Assembly: GCA_016777845.1 (NCBI GenBank) | Contig: JADHQS010000002.1 | Location: 1-49,513, forward strand | Direction of reading: 5' to 3' | Origin: Candidatus Actinomarina sp. | Lineage (GTDB): Bacteria > Actinomycetota > Acidimicrobiia > Actinomarinales > Actinomarinaceae | DNA length: 49,513 bases | In this document: positions 39,380 to 47,433 of the stretch, in pieces | Numbering within the stretch: the first letter of the stretch is position 1 | Layout of the letters: each line of letters opens with the position of its first letter | Translations under genes and position numbers: made by a program | The notes under the pieces: generated by a model | Seen by the model: the letters and a program-made list of their open reading frames with translations, nothing else | Told to the model about the DNA's origin: nothing | Databases searched by the model: none

Positions 39380-39465
39380 ATAAAAAACTTCAAAAAATTA
39401 TAGTAATTGTTGTATCTGTTGGCATGCTATTAACAACAGTTGCTTCTTTTCTTGCATTTTTATAG
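39376..39465 (+). CDS. Hypothetical 29-aa membrane peptide (not in the ORF track)
   Basis: There is an ATGA overlap with the preceding stop. It translates as MNKKLQKIIVIVVSVGMLLTTVASFLAFL*, a basic N-terminus plus one TM segment. It ends 2 nt before the trmI start and exactly fills the otherwise non-coding gap. Confidence 0.25.
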   Translation: MNKKLQKIIVIVVSVGMLLTTVASFLAFL

Positions 39466-39467
39466 AA

Positions 39468-40244
39468 TTGAATATAGACAATCAACTTATAGTTATAAAA
39501 ACACCAAAAAATAATAAATTTTTAGCAGTAGTTGATTTAGAAAGAGAATTTACTACCAATGAAGGTAAATTTAAATTTTCTCAAATTAAAAATATCCCAT
39601 CTATAGTTAAAACATCTACCGGAGTTAAATTTAAAATTTATAAACCTGCCTATAAAGAATTTGTTCTTTTAATGAAAAGAGGTCCTCAGATTATTTATCC
39701 TAAAGATGTAGCTCAAATAGTATTAGAGTCAAATATTCATAATTCAAGCAAGGTTCTTGAAATAGGTTCTGGCTCAGGTGCTTTGACTTTATATTTATAT
39801 ACTCTTTTGAAAAATACTGGCGTGTTATACAGTGTAGATTCATCAAAAATCAACCAAAGAAGAGCCGATAAAACTATTTCTAGATATATCTCTACACTAT
39901 CTGATGAAATTAATGATATAACATTTATTAATGAAGAATTAGTTAACTTTGATTACAAAACTCTTAATGAGAAGATAGATGCAATAATTACTGATGTTCC
40001 TGAACCATGGGAATTTTTCACTAATAACAAAATAAAAAACAATGTTTGCTGGGTATCATATTTACCTTCAATGACTCAAGTCATGAGAATGAATGATGCA
40101 TTAAAAGAACAGCAGTTTCAAGATATTGAGATAAAAGAAGTAATTCTTAGAGATTGGGTAGTTGATGAAAAGATAGTAAGACCTTCAAATAAACTAGTTT
40201 CACATACTGGTTTTTTAATTTGCGCTAAATATATAAAATATTAA
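39468..40244 (+). CDS. trmI: tRNA (adenine58-N1)-methyltransferase TrmI (GCD14 family)
   Basis: It has a SAM-binding motif (VLEIGSGSGALTLYL) and DAIITDVPEPWE. Its position relative to pafBC-tatAC-helY matches mycobacterial Rv2118c. It starts with TTG. Confidence 0.8.
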   Translation: MNIDNQLIVIKTPKNNKFLAVVDLEREFTTNEGKFKFSQIKNIPSIVKTSTGVKFKIYKPAYKEFVLLMKRGPQIIYPKDVAQIVLESNIHNSSKVLEIGSGSGALTLYLYTLLKNTGVLYSVDSSKINQRRADKTISRYISTLSDEINDITFINEELVNFDYKTLNEKIDAIITDVPEPWEFFTNNKIKNNVCWVSYLPSMTQVMRMNDALKEQQFQDIEIKEVILRDWVVDEKIVRPSNKLVSHTGFLICAKYIKY

Positions 40245-40486
40245 GGCTCAATCATTATGCATTCGCCAGGACATTCTTCAGCTGATTCAACAACAGCTTC
40301 TTCTTGTCCTTTAGGAACAACAGCTAAACCTTCTGCGCCGCCAACATTTCCATGTTCTTCTGAGAAAATTTTATCTCCTTCTTTGACATAAAATAGTCCA
40401 TCATCTAAACCAACAAAAACATCAGGAGCAATTTCCTCACACAGTCCGTCACCTGTGCATAAATCTTGATCTATCCAAACTTTCAT
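40241..40486 (-). CDS. Ferredoxin (small, single-cluster actinobacterial type)
   Basis: MKVWIDQDLCTGDGLCEEIAPDVF ... ECPGECI. I prefer ATG 40486. The 15-codon extension to 40531 contains a TAATAT -10-like box 7 nt upstream of ATG 40486. Confidence 0.8.
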   Translation of the reverse strand: MKVWIDQDLCTGDGLCEEIAPDVFVGLDDGLFYVKEGDKIFSEEHGNVGGAEGLAVVPKGQEEAVVESAEECPGECIMIEP

Positions 40487-40596
40487 AATGTATATATTAC
40501 AATACACCAGACATATATAAATTTTTAACAATAATTTTATTTATTTAAATTTGTAAAATTAAATTATGTTATCAAATTTTCCAAAGTGATTAATTA

Positions 40597-41430
40597 ATGA
40601 AAAATGTATTAAGAAGAACAATTGAATTATTAAATTTATTAAGTGATAATGAAAACCTCACTACAGAAAACATTAAAGATAACATATCTGATTATAGAGA
40701 TTTAAATCAACAAGCATTTAGAAGATCATTCGAAAGAGATAAAAATTTATTACGTTCTTTTGGTTATTTAATACAATATGAGAATGATAAATGGTCCTAT
40801 GACAAGGGTTACTCATTATCAGGTTACTCAATTTATGAATCAATAATTAAGTCTGAAAAGATTAGTAGTGAAAAATTAATTAATACTTATTTATATCTCA
40901 AAAAATATTTATCAAATAGTAATTATGACAATGAAAAAAATGAAATAATATCAAAAATCCTCCAATCTATCAACGAAAAAAGAAGAGTGGGATTTGATTA
41001 CCTTGATAAATATCGAAAAGTAAAACCTCAGGGATTAAAATATTTTGATAATAAATGGTATTTAGCTGGTGAAGATAATGGGTTACTGAAGACATTTAAT
41101 TTAAGTCAAATACATAATTTAAAAATTGGTAATAAAGCTGATTTATTTCAAATAGAAAATAAAAATTTTCCTTTTTCATGGGACGATGAGAAATATTCTA
41201 TTAAAGCAACAATTAAATTAAAAAAGGATTTATATGACATAAATAAAAATATATTTGCACACAATCAAATGCAATTAGAACTAAAAGATAAATTTTTACA
41301 CTGCAATGTATCAACAAATGATAGTTATGGATTTATAAAATTTTTGCTGTTACTAGATGACGAAATAGAAATTATCAAAATAGACTCTACAGTCAATTTA
41401 AAGGAATTATTATATGTCAAAAAAAATTGA
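40597..41430 (+). CDS. pafB: PafB-like HTH/WYL-domain transcriptional regulator
   Basis: It has an N-terminal winged-HTH-like segment (LRRTIELLNLLSDNENLTTENI) and a WYL domain (RRVGFDYLDKYRKVKPQGLKYFDNKWYLAG). It sits in the conserved position upstream of pafC-tatA-tatC-helY. Confidence 0.7.
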   Translation: MKNVLRRTIELLNLLSDNENLTTENIKDNISDYRDLNQQAFRRSFERDKNLLRSFGYLIQYENDKWSYDKGYSLSGYSIYESIIKSEKISSEKLINTYLYLKKYLSNSNYDNEKNEIISKILQSINEKRRVGFDYLDKYRKVKPQGLKYFDNKWYLAGEDNGLLKTFNLSQIHNLKIGNKADLFQIENKNFPFSWDDEKYSIKATIKLKKDLYDINKNIFAHNQMQLELKDKFLHCNVSTNDSYGFIKFLLLLDDEIEIIKIDSTVNLKELLYVKKN

Positions 41431-42274
41431 TCTCCAGATAGTTATGAGCGCTCTTTCTTTGATTCAAAGTAAAGAAAAATGGAATATAAATAATCTTGTA
41501 CAAAAATTAAATATAGATGAAAAAGATTTATTTTACATGTTGTCAGTGATTACTGATATTTATTCAAACCAAGGTGAATTATTGATTGACTACGAATATG
41601 ATGATAAAAATCAAGATTTATTGTTTAACTTTAATTCTTCTTTAAAAAATATAACTCAGATAAATGATGGAGAGTTATTCAATTTAATTTTTTTGTTAAC
41701 TTCAAATTCAATCTTTAAAGAGTTGGTTAAAAATAACAGTGAAATTGAAGAATTTTATAATGTAGTTAGTCCATATTTTAATTTAGAAATATTAGATGAA
41801 AGTAATGAAGGTGTTTTTGAGAACTTAACATTTTTTGAGGAAAACATAATCTCATATATAAAACTAGGTTCAACAGAAGAAACTTTTTATAGAATACAAC
41901 CAATCTTATTAACAACTAATACTGATGGCATTGTTTTAGAAGCAATTGATTTGAACGAAGAAAAATCGAAAACGTTTTTACTCAATAGGATTGTTGATTC
42001 ATTATCTATTGAAGACTTTAGAGAAAGTAAAAAATCTAATAAGATGGAGGTTGTAATGAAGTTCACATATTTAAATGAAAAGGTTCTTACAGATATAAAC
42101 AAAGATGATTATCAATTAAAAAATAAGCATGTAGAAGCAAAATTTTATTCAGAATTAAATGCTATAAATTTTGTCATTAAAAACTATGAGTATATAGATA
42201 TTATCTCTCCACAATATTTAGTAGATGAATTTAAAAATAGAAAAGATAAATTAAAAAAGAAATTAAAGAAATGA
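41414..42274 (+). CDS. pafC: PafC-like WYL-family regulator paralogue (degenerate WYL motif)
   Basis: It has the same architecture and size as the upstream gene and overlaps it by 17 nt. The WYL position reads GIVLEAID, followed by KTFLLNRIVD (compare R.FR.DRI). The assignment rests mainly on synteny. Confidence 0.55.
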   Translation: MSKKIDLQIVMSALSLIQSKEKWNINNLVQKLNIDEKDLFYMLSVITDIYSNQGELLIDYEYDDKNQDLLFNFNSSLKNITQINDGELFNLIFLLTSNSIFKELVKNNSEIEEFYNVVSPYFNLEILDESNEGVFENLTFFEENIISYIKLGSTEETFYRIQPILLTTNTDGIVLEAIDLNEEKSKTFLLNRIVDSLSIEDFRESKKSNKMEVVMKFTYLNEKVLTDINKDDYQLKNKHVEAKFYSELNAINFVIKNYEYIDIISPQYLVDEFKNRKDKLKKKLKK

Positions 42275-42441
42275 GTTTAATTGAACTTATAATAATAATT
42301 TTTATATCACTAGGTATTCTAGATAAAGGAAAAATAAGAAAATTTTTTCGTGTATTCAATAGTTCTAATTCTGATCAAGTTAGAAAGGTCATTGGCGATG
42401 AAACAATAGAACAAAAATGGGTCTGGTTAGAAGAGGAATAA
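42271..42441 (+). CDS. tatA: TatA/E-like twin-arginine translocase subunit (56 aa, not in the ORF track)
   Basis: There is an ATGA overlap with the pafC stop. It translates as MSLIELIIIIFISLGILDKGKIRKFFRVFNSSNSDQVRKVIGDETIEQKWVWLEEE*. A short N-terminal TM segment ends in LG and is followed by a basic amphipathic stretch. It occupies the tatA position immediately upstream of tatC. The hinge is shortened relative to canonical TatA. Confidence 0.45.
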   Translation: MSLIELIIIIFISLGILDKGKIRKFFRVFNSSNSDQVRKVIGDETIEQKWVWLEEE

Positions 42442-43139
42442 ATTTGGATAATAAAAAGTTTTTCGAACACTTTAAAGAATTAAACTATAGAATATTAATC
42501 TCACTATTTATAGTATCAATATTTTTCACATTTGTTTATATAAACTACGGATCTATTTATGAAATACTAACTTCTCCATTGCTTAATGCTGGATATTCAA
42601 TTGATGAACTTGTTGCATTTACAATATATGAAGGTTTTCAAGTTAAAGTTTTAAATACATTTTTTGTATCAATAGCTATGTCATTTCCAATAATTAGTTT
42701 TATCATTGGATATTTTTTCAAACCTGCTTTTGAAAAATTAACTCATAAACTTTTTATATTGTATTTGATTGTTTTTATATCTTTATTTTATATAGGTATT
42801 TTTTCAGCATTCAAAACTCTACCTATAGGTATAGATTTTTTATTATCATTTAATGAATCTGAATTCATTTTAAGAACACAAAATTATTTCCAACTGATTT
42901 CAAGGATATCAATTTTATTTGGTATTTCATTTCAAACACCATTAGTAATTTATTTTTTAATTAATAGAGGAATTATAAGTAAGAATATATTTACAGATAA
43001 TAGAAAAGAAATATTTGTAGGCGTATTAATTTTTTCTGCAATTATTACACCCACTGGCGATCCAGTAACGTTATTTATATTTACATTACCCTTATATATG
43101 CTCATTGAATTGGTTTTGTATCTAAGTAAGAGTAAATAA
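42417..43139 (+). CDS. tatC: Twin-arginine translocase subunit TatC
   Basis: It has six TM segments, FFEHFKELNYRILISLF (HL.ELR.R-like) and TPTGDPVT. The alternative start TTG 42444 would avoid overlap with the tatA-like ORF. Confidence 0.85.
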   Translation: MGLVRRGINLDNKKFFEHFKELNYRILISLFIVSIFFTFVYINYGSIYEILTSPLLNAGYSIDELVAFTIYEGFQVKVLNTFFVSIAMSFPIISFIIGYFFKPAFEKLTHKLFILYLIVFISLFYIGIFSAFKTLPIGIDFLLSFNESEFILRTQNYFQLISRISILFGISFQTPLVIYFLINRGIISKNIFTDNRKEIFVGVLIFSAIITPTGDPVTLFIFTLPLYMLIELVLYLSKSK

Positions 43140-43145
43140 AATATA

Positions 43146-45011
43146 ATGTTTACTCCTGACAAATTTCAAGTAGATGCAGTTAATGATGTAAAAAAAGGTA
43201 GCAATGTATTAGTTGTCGCACCTACAGGTTCAGGAAAAACTTACATTGCCGAAAAATCAATTGATTATTATTTATCAAAACAAAAAAATGTTTTTTACAC
43301 AACACCCATAAAGGCACTTTCTAACCAAAAATACAATGATTTTAATAGGCAAGGAATAAGGACTGGACTACTTACAGGAGATAGAAGTATAGATAAAGAT
43401 TCAGAATTAGTAATAGCAACTACAGAAATATTAAGAAATATGATTTTTAGCAAAGACAGTAAGTTAAACGATACGGGTTTAATTATTTTAGATGAAGTGC
43501 ATTATCTTGCTGACAAAGAAAGGGGAACTACGTGGGAGGAAATATTAATACACGCAAACAAAGATATAAAATTTCTTGCTCTTTCAGCAACTATTAACAA
43601 TAAAAATGAATTTTTAGAATGGATAGTTTCATTAAGAGGAACAACCTCATTAATTCACTCAAGTACAAGACCTATCCCTTTAGAAATATCTTTAATTGCT
43701 AGTACTAAGTCGAGTAAAGACTTAAAAATAATCAAATCTACAAAAGATAAAAAAAATAAAAATATATTTAAAATAGAGAAAAAAAATTCTCAATTTAACA
43801 AACCTAGTTTAAGAGAACAAGCAATATATTTAAATTCTAGACATTTATTACCAGTCATATTTTTTTACTTTTCAAGAGAAAGGGTTGAATCAAGCGCAAG
43901 ACAGTTATCGAATAGCTTTAAATTAATTGAAAATAGAAATGAAATTAAGGTCAAATATGATGATGTATTTGGCGAACTGACAACTGAAGAATTAGCTCTT
44001 CTTAACCTGGATGAACATATGTGGATGTGGTCAAGAGGTGTTGGATATCATCATGCTGGACTAGCCCCAATAGTTAAAGAATTTGTAGAATATTTATTTC
44101 TAAATAAATATATAAAATTTCTTTTTGCCACCGAAACATTAGCTTTAGGAATTAATATGCCTGCCAAAGCTATCTTTATTGATAGGTTGCATAAGTATGA
44201 TGGAATTAAAACCAGACCAATTACCCAGTCGGAATTTTTGCAACTGAGTGGACGAGCTGGGAGGAGAGGTATAGATGATAAGGGATATGCCTTCCTATCA
44301 TATGACAGAAGTATAAATAAGGACTGGTATAGTAATCTTTTTACACTCAAATCAAGCAATTTAAATTCAGCATTTTCTGTTAGTTATTCATCTATATTGA
44401 GTTTGTTAAATATATATAGTATTGAGGAATCAATTGAACTATTGAAAAAAAGTTTTTTTGCTTATCAAAATATGTTCAAAACTGAGAAGTTAGAAGAATT
44501 GTTTAAAGGAAAGCATAATGTTTTGAAAGACCTTGGATTTATTGACTCAATAAAAGGTAAAATTTTAAAGGAAACTTATAGAGATAATCTAATTCCAGCA
44601 ATTCATTTGTACCATACAATTAAGAATCGGGATATTGAAATGAAATTAATGTATGTTTCATCTGGAATAAGTAATGAAAAACTAGAATTTACACTTAAGG
44701 ATGAGTTTAATCATTTATTTAATAAATTTTATTCATCTATAGAACAAGTTAACAAAATTGAATACTCGCATGGGATTAAAAAACCTACACAAATAAATTT
44801 ATCTTGGTTTAGTGTATTTTATGAGTATATGAAATCTGGAAATGTTGAATATGTAATAAATAAATTTAATTTAAATATTGGCGATTTTATAAAGGTAGCA
44901 AAAGAAGCATCTGAAATATCAAAAAAATTGTCAGTTATTTATCAAGATGATAACTTTGAAGAAATAAATAAAATTTTCGATAATAATTTGATACAAAAAA
45001 CTATGTCATGA
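43146..45011 (+). CDS. helY: Ski2-like DEAD/DEAH-box helicase (HelY-like, short form)
   Basis: Present are APTGSGKT, DEVHYL, SATINN, HHAGL and QLSGRAGRRG. It follows tatC, as mycobacterial helY does. At 621 aa the C-terminal extension is much reduced. Confidence 0.8.
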   Translation: MFTPDKFQVDAVNDVKKGSNVLVVAPTGSGKTYIAEKSIDYYLSKQKNVFYTTPIKALSNQKYNDFNRQGIRTGLLTGDRSIDKDSELVIATTEILRNMIFSKDSKLNDTGLIILDEVHYLADKERGTTWEEILIHANKDIKFLALSATINNKNEFLEWIVSLRGTTSLIHSSTRPIPLEISLIASTKSSKDLKIIKSTKDKKNKNIFKIEKKNSQFNKPSLREQAIYLNSRHLLPVIFFYFSRERVESSARQLSNSFKLIENRNEIKVKYDDVFGELTTEELALLNLDEHMWMWSRGVGYHHAGLAPIVKEFVEYLFLNKYIKFLFATETLALGINMPAKAIFIDRLHKYDGIKTRPITQSEFLQLSGRAGRRGIDDKGYAFLSYDRSINKDWYSNLFTLKSSNLNSAFSVSYSSILSLLNIYSIEESIELLKKSFFAYQNMFKTEKLEELFKGKHNVLKDLGFIDSIKGKILKETYRDNLIPAIHLYHTIKNRDIEMKLMYVSSGISNEKLEFTLKDEFNHLFNKFYSSIEQVNKIEYSHGIKKPTQINLSWFSVFYEYMKSGNVEYVINKFNLNIGDFIKVAKEASEISKKLSVIYQDDNFEEINKIFDNNLIQKTMS

Positions 45012-45883
45012 AAACATACATTGTAATTCATAACCTAAATTCAAGAGGAAAAAATCTTTCACAAGAATATATTGAGGATCTATTTAAAAGTAAGAACATT
45101 CCTTTTATATACTTTTCAACTTCAACAATTGATGAACTAAATAAGGTTATAGTTGGGTATTCAGATAGTAACAAATTTCAATATTGTGCCATCGGGGGAG
45201 ATGGAAGTTTAAATTCATTAATTAATGCTTTGATGAATAACGGTATTAAAAAACCAGAAGTTGCCTGTCTGCCAGCTGGTAGTGGCTCTGATTTTATTAG
45301 AACATTTGCACTTCCACAAAATATTGAAGAAACTATAAATCATCTAACTACAGATTTTTATTATGATGTCGATGTCGGAAGAGTTGAAACAGAAAATAAA
45401 ACTAAATATTTTTTAAATGTTTTAAATATTGGCTTTTTAGCTTCTTCAGTAGAAGTAAGTGAAAAGATGCCTAAACTAATACGAAGGTTTAGATATCCTA
45501 TTAGCTTTTGGATTAAGATATTTTTTGCAAAAGCAAAAAAAATGAGAGTAAATTTAGAAAATTTCGAATTTAACAGTAATTCTTTCAACATATGTGTTTG
45601 CAATGCACAATATTTTGGTGGAGGCTGGAATATTTCACCAAAGTCTAGCCTACAGGATGGTAAGTTCAATGTTCAAATTTTTGCAGTATCAAAACTTAAA
45701 GCAATGAAGATATTTTTCTTAGCTCAAAAAGGTTTACATCTTAAGGAATCTGATGTAATTGTTAGGAAAGCTTCAAAACTAGAATTAAAAAGTGATGAAC
45801 CAATAGAGATTGATGGAGATTACTTTTCAAATGGTCCAGCCAATATATTTATTGAAAATTCTGCCATACGTTTTAAAATTTAG
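45008..45883 (+). CDS. Diacylglycerol/lipid kinase family protein (DAGK catalytic domain, YegS-like)
   Basis: It has AIGGDGSLNSLINAL and LPAGSGSDF. There is an ATGA overlap with the helicase stop. Confidence 0.8.
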   Translation: MKTYIVIHNLNSRGKNLSQEYIEDLFKSKNIPFIYFSTSTIDELNKVIVGYSDSNKFQYCAIGGDGSLNSLINALMNNGIKKPEVACLPAGSGSDFIRTFALPQNIEETINHLTTDFYYDVDVGRVETENKTKYFLNVLNIGFLASSVEVSEKMPKLIRRFRYPISFWIKIFFAKAKKMRVNLENFEFNSNSFNICVCNAQYFGGGWNISPKSSLQDGKFNVQIFAVSKLKAMKIFFLAQKGLHLKESDVIVRKASKLELKSDEPIEIDGDYFSNGPANIFIENSAIRFKI

Positions 45884-45901
45884 TAATATTTAAGTCAAGT
45901 T

Positions 45902-45906
45902 AGGAG
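45902..45906 (+). promoter_or_regulatory. Shine-Dalgarno AGGAG upstream of the DUF4193 gene
   Basis: AGGAG lies 4 nt before ATG 45911, and TAATAT (45884-45889) lies further upstream. This is a conventional leadered design, in contrast to the leaderless-looking starts elsewhere in the window. Confidence 0.45.
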
Positions 45907-45910
45907 TTAT

Positions 45911-46270
45911 ATGGCTAAAAAAGAAACTGAAGAATTAGAAGAACCTACGCTTGAAGACCTTGAAGAAGAAGATATTGAAGAGATTGAAACTCCACCAGAA
46001 GAAGAAGAAAAAGAGGAAGTAGAAACAGAATCTCTAGAAGCAAGGGTAGAAACGGAAAAAAAATCGGTAGATGATGCAGATGAAGCTGAAGGATCTTTTA
46101 TGTCTGTTGATGCTGCAGAGAAAAGAAATGTAAAAAGCTCAGATTTAAAATTAGATGAAATTGCGGATGATAAAAAGGATGATGAGTTTACATGTTCTCT
46201 TTGTTTTTTAGTGTTAAAAAATACTCAATTGGCGAAACCTAGATCAAAAGTTTGCGCTGATTGTGCATAA
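45911..46270 (+). CDS. DUF4193-family protein (acidic N-terminus, C-terminal Cys4 ribbon)
   Basis: It has a highly acidic EE-rich N-terminus and the C-terminal FTCSLCFLVLKNTQLA...VCADCA, as in actinobacterial DUF4193. A strong SD (AGGAG) lies 4 nt upstream. Confidence 0.7.
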   Translation: MAKKETEELEEPTLEDLEEEDIEEIETPPEEEEKEEVETESLEARVETEKKSVDDADEAEGSFMSVDAAEKRNVKSSDLKLDEIADDKKDDEFTCSLCFLVLKNTQLAKPRSKVCADCA

Positions 46271-46706
46271 ACATAATGATTTAGGTTTCACTTTTACTGT
46301 AGAAACTGATACAAAAATCCCTAATCAATTGTCTGAATTATTTTTTCAAAGGATATCTAGTATTGACGAAACTTTATTGAATTATTATTCAAATATTGAA
46401 TTTGGTGAACCTACAAATTTTTTACTTTTATGCGAAAAGGAGCCTATTGGTTATGCAAAATTGTATAAAGATAAAGAATACTCACTCCTTACAGAAATAT
46501 TTGTAAAAGATGAATTCAGAGAACTTTCATTGGGTACTTTTCTATTAAATTGTATAAGAGATTATGTTGAAACAATTCAATCCTCATTAAGAACGATTAC
46601 ACTCCCAAGCGATAGAGTTGCAAAGAATTTTTATGAAGCTAGTGGAATAACAGCTAGAGTTTTATTGATGGAAGAAAAACGTGAGCATAATCGCTACAGA
46701 CCTTGA
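46263..46706 (+). CDS. GNAT-family N-acetyltransferase-like protein
   Basis: IGYAKLYKD...LLTEIFVKDEFRELSLGTFLLNCIRDYVE resembles GNAT motif A. It starts with GTG. This assignment is weak. Confidence 0.5.
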   Translation: MHKHNDLGFTFTVETDTKIPNQLSELFFQRISSIDETLLNYYSNIEFGEPTNFLLLCEKEPIGYAKLYKDKEYSLLTEIFVKDEFRELSLGTFLLNCIRDYVETIQSSLRTITLPSDRVAKNFYEASGITARVLLMEEKREHNRYRP

Positions 46707-47433
46707 TGGAACTATATATAAAGGGCAAACTTTAATTGATGGAGTCAAAGAAGGTTTACTTGAAATTATTAATGAAGGTATCGAAATTTACTACACAACA
46801 AATAATAGCTCTCAAACTCCAAGTGAAATAAAAAATAAGCTTAAAAATTTACTCAATTTAAACATAGACATCTCAAAAATTATTACACCATTAGTAATTT
46901 TTGAAAATATGTTTTCAGATAATAAATTAAATGTTTTTATTTACGGATCAGAAAATTTAGTTAAATATATAAAAAATTTGAATATGAATGTTACAAGTTT
47001 AGAAAATGCAGAATTAATCTTGATAGGACGTAAAGAAGAGAATAATTATTCAGAAATAAATGAAATTATTAATAATGTAAGTTTAGGTAAAAATATATTG
47101 AGCCTTAATAAGGATCTTACATTTCCAACTGAGTTTGGTGAAAAGGCTGGGAATGGAGCAGTTGTAAAGATCATAGAAGACGAATTGCCAATTAACATTC
47201 CTACTTTAGGCAAATCTGGAAATCACTATAGTTCATATTTTATTCAAAACAGAATAACTGTAAATTTTGTAATAGGAGATAGGGTTGACACAGATATTAT
47301 TTTTGGAAAAAATTTAAACGCAAAAACATTTTTAGTGTCGTCAGGTATCAAAAATTACTTAGATGTCAATATTGCTGATGTACAACTTAATAAATTTTCA
47401 GATGTTGTACCTTTTCTTACTAAACAATCTTAA
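46681..47433 (+). CDS. HAD-superfamily hydrolase, subfamily IIA (NagD-like)
   Basis: It has HAD motif I (IATDLDGTIYKG), TNNS, and the C-terminal GDRVDTDI. It lies upstream of nadK, as in mycobacteria. Confidence 0.75.
   Translation: MSIIATDLDGTIYKGQTLIDGVKEGLLEIINEGIEIYYTTNNSSQTPSEIKNKLKNLLNLNIDISKIITPLVIFENMFSDNKLNVFIYGSENLVKYIKNLNMNVTSLENAELILIGRKEENNYSEINEIINNVSLGKNILSLNKDLTFPTEFGEKAGNGAVVKIIEDELPINIPTLGKSGNHYSSYFIQNRITVNFVIGDRVDTDIIFGKNLNAKTFLVSSGIKNYLDVNIADVQLNKFSDVVPFLTKQS

Noticed and set aside
40494-40513. A RecA-NDp / PafBC-type promoter motif (tTGTCRgtg-N8-TAnnnT, recalled from memory) in the ferredoxin/pafB divergent region. The minus strand reads TGTCTGGTG-tattg-TAATAT.
   Set aside because: It matches only if a 1-nt insertion is allowed in the upstream element, and the spacer is 5 nt rather than 8 nt. 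That is too weak in AT-rich DNA to call. I saw no similar motif upstream of uvrB.
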